Source: Camelus ferus
Lineage: Eukaryota
Assembly: GCF_009834535.1 (NCBI RefSeq)
Contig: NC_045707.1
Location: forward strand, 48,052,001-48,116,000
Direction: 5' to 3'
DNA: 64,000 bases
The position numbers and the translations under genes are program-made. Positions 60,601 to 64,000 of the stretch are shown piece after piece. How positions within the stretch are numbered: position 1 is the stretch's first letter; each line of letters starts with the position of its first letter. The notes below the pieces were generated by a model. That model saw only the letters and a program-made list of their open reading frames with translations. It was not told the DNA's origin and did not search any database.

Positions 60601-62479
60601 AATCAGTGATTCTCTGTATAGTTTCACTGAATTCTACTACTACCTGTAGACCCCATCAAACTTGATTCAGGAGTCAAAGAGAAATTTGAATTAGCTGTGA
60701 AAGAAGAGAAAGCTATTGTTAAGACCCCATTGACCCAACCCTCCCTTTTAAACATTTTGATCCTGTGACACTGTAATTCACACTCTCTTCTCAAAATGAA
60801 CCACAGTCTTTTCTCATGGTTTTCTCTCTTATACTACTCACTTCAGTTAGTCATCGGAAGAGTTTCTTTGTGTCCAGTTAGACTCAAAAGAGCCACACTT
60901 CTCCTGTCCACTTATTCTTTTTACAGAAAGTAGCTAGAGAAGCAGCAGACTACCAAGCTGTTTGTCCAAGAAGAAATAGTTAATTTATCTTTTTTTAACC
61001 TTTAATTTCTTTCACTTATATATCCTATTTTGGCATTTTGATACCTGAGACCCAGTTTTACTTCTAGTTACATTAAAATTTGAGTATCAGTTGCGGAGAT
61101 TTGCTGGCAACAATTATGTTAGTAAAATTACAGAGTTACATCTAAGCATTTCAAGAAAAGCACAATTAGATGTACTCAGAAACGTTTCCTAATAATCTAG
61201 GTTCACTTCAACTTGAATTCTATTTAAAGTCATGGGGAAGAAAAGCAAGACATAGCAATTTAATTCTTTAATCTAAAATGTGACACGCAGTAATGGTTCT
61301 CCTTTATCCTAGGACAATGCATCTCATACTTGAAAGTGACTAAAGGGCAATGATTCTTTATGGTTTTTTCCCTTCGGTGACCTTTACAAAAAGTCTAAGG
61401 TAAAGTTTTAAGTCAGGGTATTCCTCCTCCCCCTCACTGCTCTAAAAGAAGTACTAGAGAAGTGTCACTTATACAAATCAAGTCTGGACTCAATGCCAAA
61501 AAATTTTAAGAAACAGGATTTTAGATGCAAATTGACTAACCGAAGACAACTTTATAGTTCCTAGAACAAGGTTTTGGTTTTGTGTGTGTGTTTTGTTTTG
61601 TTTTGTTTTGTTTTTTTTGATGTTGTTCCCTGTTAAGTTTTATTATATGAAACATATCCTTTTCCTCTTTTTTCTTTCTGTCCTTAAATAAGAAAATAGA
61701 TTCACTTCTCGTCACAGAAACCGACAGAATCATAGGATCTTAGAACTGTAAGGGACACTGTAAATCAGCCAACATTAGAAATCAGCTACTTTAAACTCTT
61801 GCTAAATGCTCTTTTCTTTTTTTTTTAAGTTGCCAGTTGATTCAAGGGAAGGCAAGATTCTGTGAGTGCCTAAACTCTGTTTAATGTCCTACTTCTGTCT
61901 TCCTCTGAACTTTGTTTAAATGGCTTTGTCAGGAGGACTTTCCAGGGGTGGGGCTGTGTGCTGGAGTACATATGAGAATCCACTTGTGTGCTACGTCCTT
62001 GAGGGCGGTGATTTCAGCAGGGGATTTTTGCTCCACGGAGGGAGGAGTGTCTGAGTTGGGTTTTTTTTTTTTTTTCCTACTTGGCACAGCTGGTAGTTCT
62101 CTACTGACTGGTGTTTGTTTTGAAGTCACGTGGCAAAGGGGGTTTCTGCCAATGTTTATTCATTACACCTTTAAATATGACACTCTGATGCCCATTCACA
62201 GATTCACTTCAGCGTTGCTCTCCAATTCTCCTGCCAGAAATGGAAAGTTTATTCACAGAGCAAAAGTTGCTTTCTTTGCAAATTCAGGTTTCATGCTCAA
62301 CAGGCATCTTTTAGAACTGTTGCTTTTAAAAATATTAAATTTATTTATTTATTTATTTAATTTTTACATCATGTAAGATGACTGCTTGGCTGATCATGTC
62401 TGCACTCTTTCTTAATCGGTACCACACTGATCAGAGAATAACTTTACAGTACAAGGAAGGTAGGCTCACAATGACTTTA

Positions 62480-62865
62480 TACATAGCTACCCTAATATAT
62501 ATAGAAACACTTTTACTCCTTTTGGGGCCCCTCCCTTTTGGAAGGCCAATGTATCTCTGCTATATTTGTGGGGACAAGGCCATGTGACTTGTGCTGGCCA
62601 GTGAACTGAGAATGACAGTCACTTCCTATCAGAGGATTTAAGAGCCAGTGTGAGGTTCATTACTTTTGCTTTTCCCTGTGCCTCATGACTGGCTGTGTTC
62701 CATGTAGAGCTGCTCTGTCATCTAGGTCTAGCTGTAAACTCAAAGTAGACCAAAGCCTTGGATGACATGGAACATGAACAGTAATCAAGCTTTATTACTG
62801 TGAGTCCCTGAGATCTGAAGACCATTTGTTACTGCAACATAACCTTGCTTATCCTGATCAATGCA
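62480..62865 (+). mobile_element. MLT1H/I/J-like MaLR solo LTR
   Basis: ggccatgtgacttg...ggccagtgaa...gtcacttcc...tttaagagccagtg...ctgagat...tttgttactgcaacataacct...atcctga. Confidence 0.8.
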
Positions 62866-62869
62866 GGTT

Positions 62870-63110
62870 ACATACCAGAAAGAACAGATAGAACCCAAGT
62901 TCAAATCCTGGTTCTGCCATTAAATAGTGATGTGAACTTGGACATTTCTAAAGTACTGTGACCTTTACAACTTGAGCCTCAGTTTCCTCAGGGATGGGTA
63001 CAACAACTGTCACCTTCTGGATCTCACAGGACTGGTACAAGGCTAAGGTGACATCATTTATGTTACAGTACACTGTAAAGTATCATGCCTTTTATAAATG
63101 CAAGGCATCA
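62870..63110 (+). mobile_element. MIR SINE
   Basis: gttcaaatcctggttctgccatt...tgtgaacttggaca...tgagcctcagtttcctca. Confidence 0.8.
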
Positions 63111-63464
63111 TTACAATTGGGTTTTCCCTCTTTTAGTGAGTTGCATATACTAGTCTTCACTTCCTTCCAACTTTCTAACAAATAAATGTTCTGAAGTGCA
63201 TCATCCTCACAACGTTTTACAAACAGTTAAGCACAGATACTCACATATACTTATCTGAGAATGGCACTTCTGCCTGTAGAGGAGCATTATTTTTAAGCAT
63301 CCAGCTTTGAGAGGGACACACGTGGAGTAATGTTGAGCCATATGGATACCTGCCTGGCCAGGCCAAGCCTGATGATTTTTTTTTGAGCCATGAGACCAAA
63401 CTGCTTCACTTTTTGAGAGAACATTATTAATGGTAGGAATACTATTATATTATTTATTTTACTA

Positions 63465-63750
63465 GGAAAAATGACATAGTGAAAAGAACATTAGCTTTAG
63501 AATCATACAGAACTAGCACTTGGTAGTCTCTCAATAAATATTTATTGCATGAATGACTGAATCAGCTCAAATCTCACCAACAATTTCTAGCTGTGTTATC
63601 TTGTGCAAGATACTTAACCTCTCTGAGCTTCAGTTTGCGCACTTACAACATGTAAAACAATAATCTCATAGGGCTTTAAAAAAAAAAAGGATTAACGAAG
63701 GGATAGATGTCTGAGGTCTCTCAGTGTGCTCAGTAAAAATTTAATAAGCC
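63465..63750 (+). mobile_element. MIR SINE with an embedded L2 3' piece
   Basis: catagtgaaaagaaca...gctttagaatca [ctcaataaatatttattgcatgaatga] ctagctgtgttatcttgtgcaagatacttaacctctctgagcttcagttt. Confidence 0.7.
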
Positions 63751-64000
63751 TGAAAGTTTCCTTTATTAGCTATGCTATGTCCTGGAGTGGGTAGCCGGCG
63801 TATAGAAAAGAGTGGGCTTTTGAGCTTGTTTGCAAGTTTCCATTAACGAAGTCTCCAGGTTCCTTCTTCAAAAATCAATAGCGTTTTGATAAGACCACGC
63901 TTTCTTTGCCATGGAAGCAATACCGTATGTGTGCACCTGAGGAAAGCATTTAAAATGCTTTTGACACGCAAAAGCTTCAAGGGCTCTGCTTTGGAAAAGC

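Overview
Mammalian non-coding genomic DNA, AT-rich and CpG-depleted. A tRNA-Ala(AGC)-derived SINE and the young L1 3' end point to a camelid (alpaca/llama/camel); this is recognition from memory, not a database result. I find no protein-coding gene. The supplied ORFs are chance or low-complexity ORFs, except L1 ORF2 remnants at 24.6-25.1 kb and an L2/CR1-type endonuclease remnant at 34.6-34.85 kb. A large part of the window is old interspersed repeat: MIR, L2, L1M, MLT1/MLT2 solo LTRs, and hAT-Charlie and Tigger MITEs, plus microsatellites. The first ~8 kb is relatively repeat-poor and has several short + strand segments with good splice signals, so it may belong to a gene I cannot name. The most interesting items are: (1) an unclassified ~505 bp terminal-inverted-repeat element with a possible MULE-like transposase tail (33213-33718); (2) a young 5'-inverted L1 with a large internal deletion and no target-site duplication (TSD) (24622-25247); (3) an unexplained CpG-dense patch inside an ancient L2 (35061-35464); (4) enhancer-like motif clusters at ~30.1-30.9 kb and ~51.6-51.85 kb. 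I see no convincing evidence of a new biological system. Repeat family names and boundaries were assigned by eye and are approximate.
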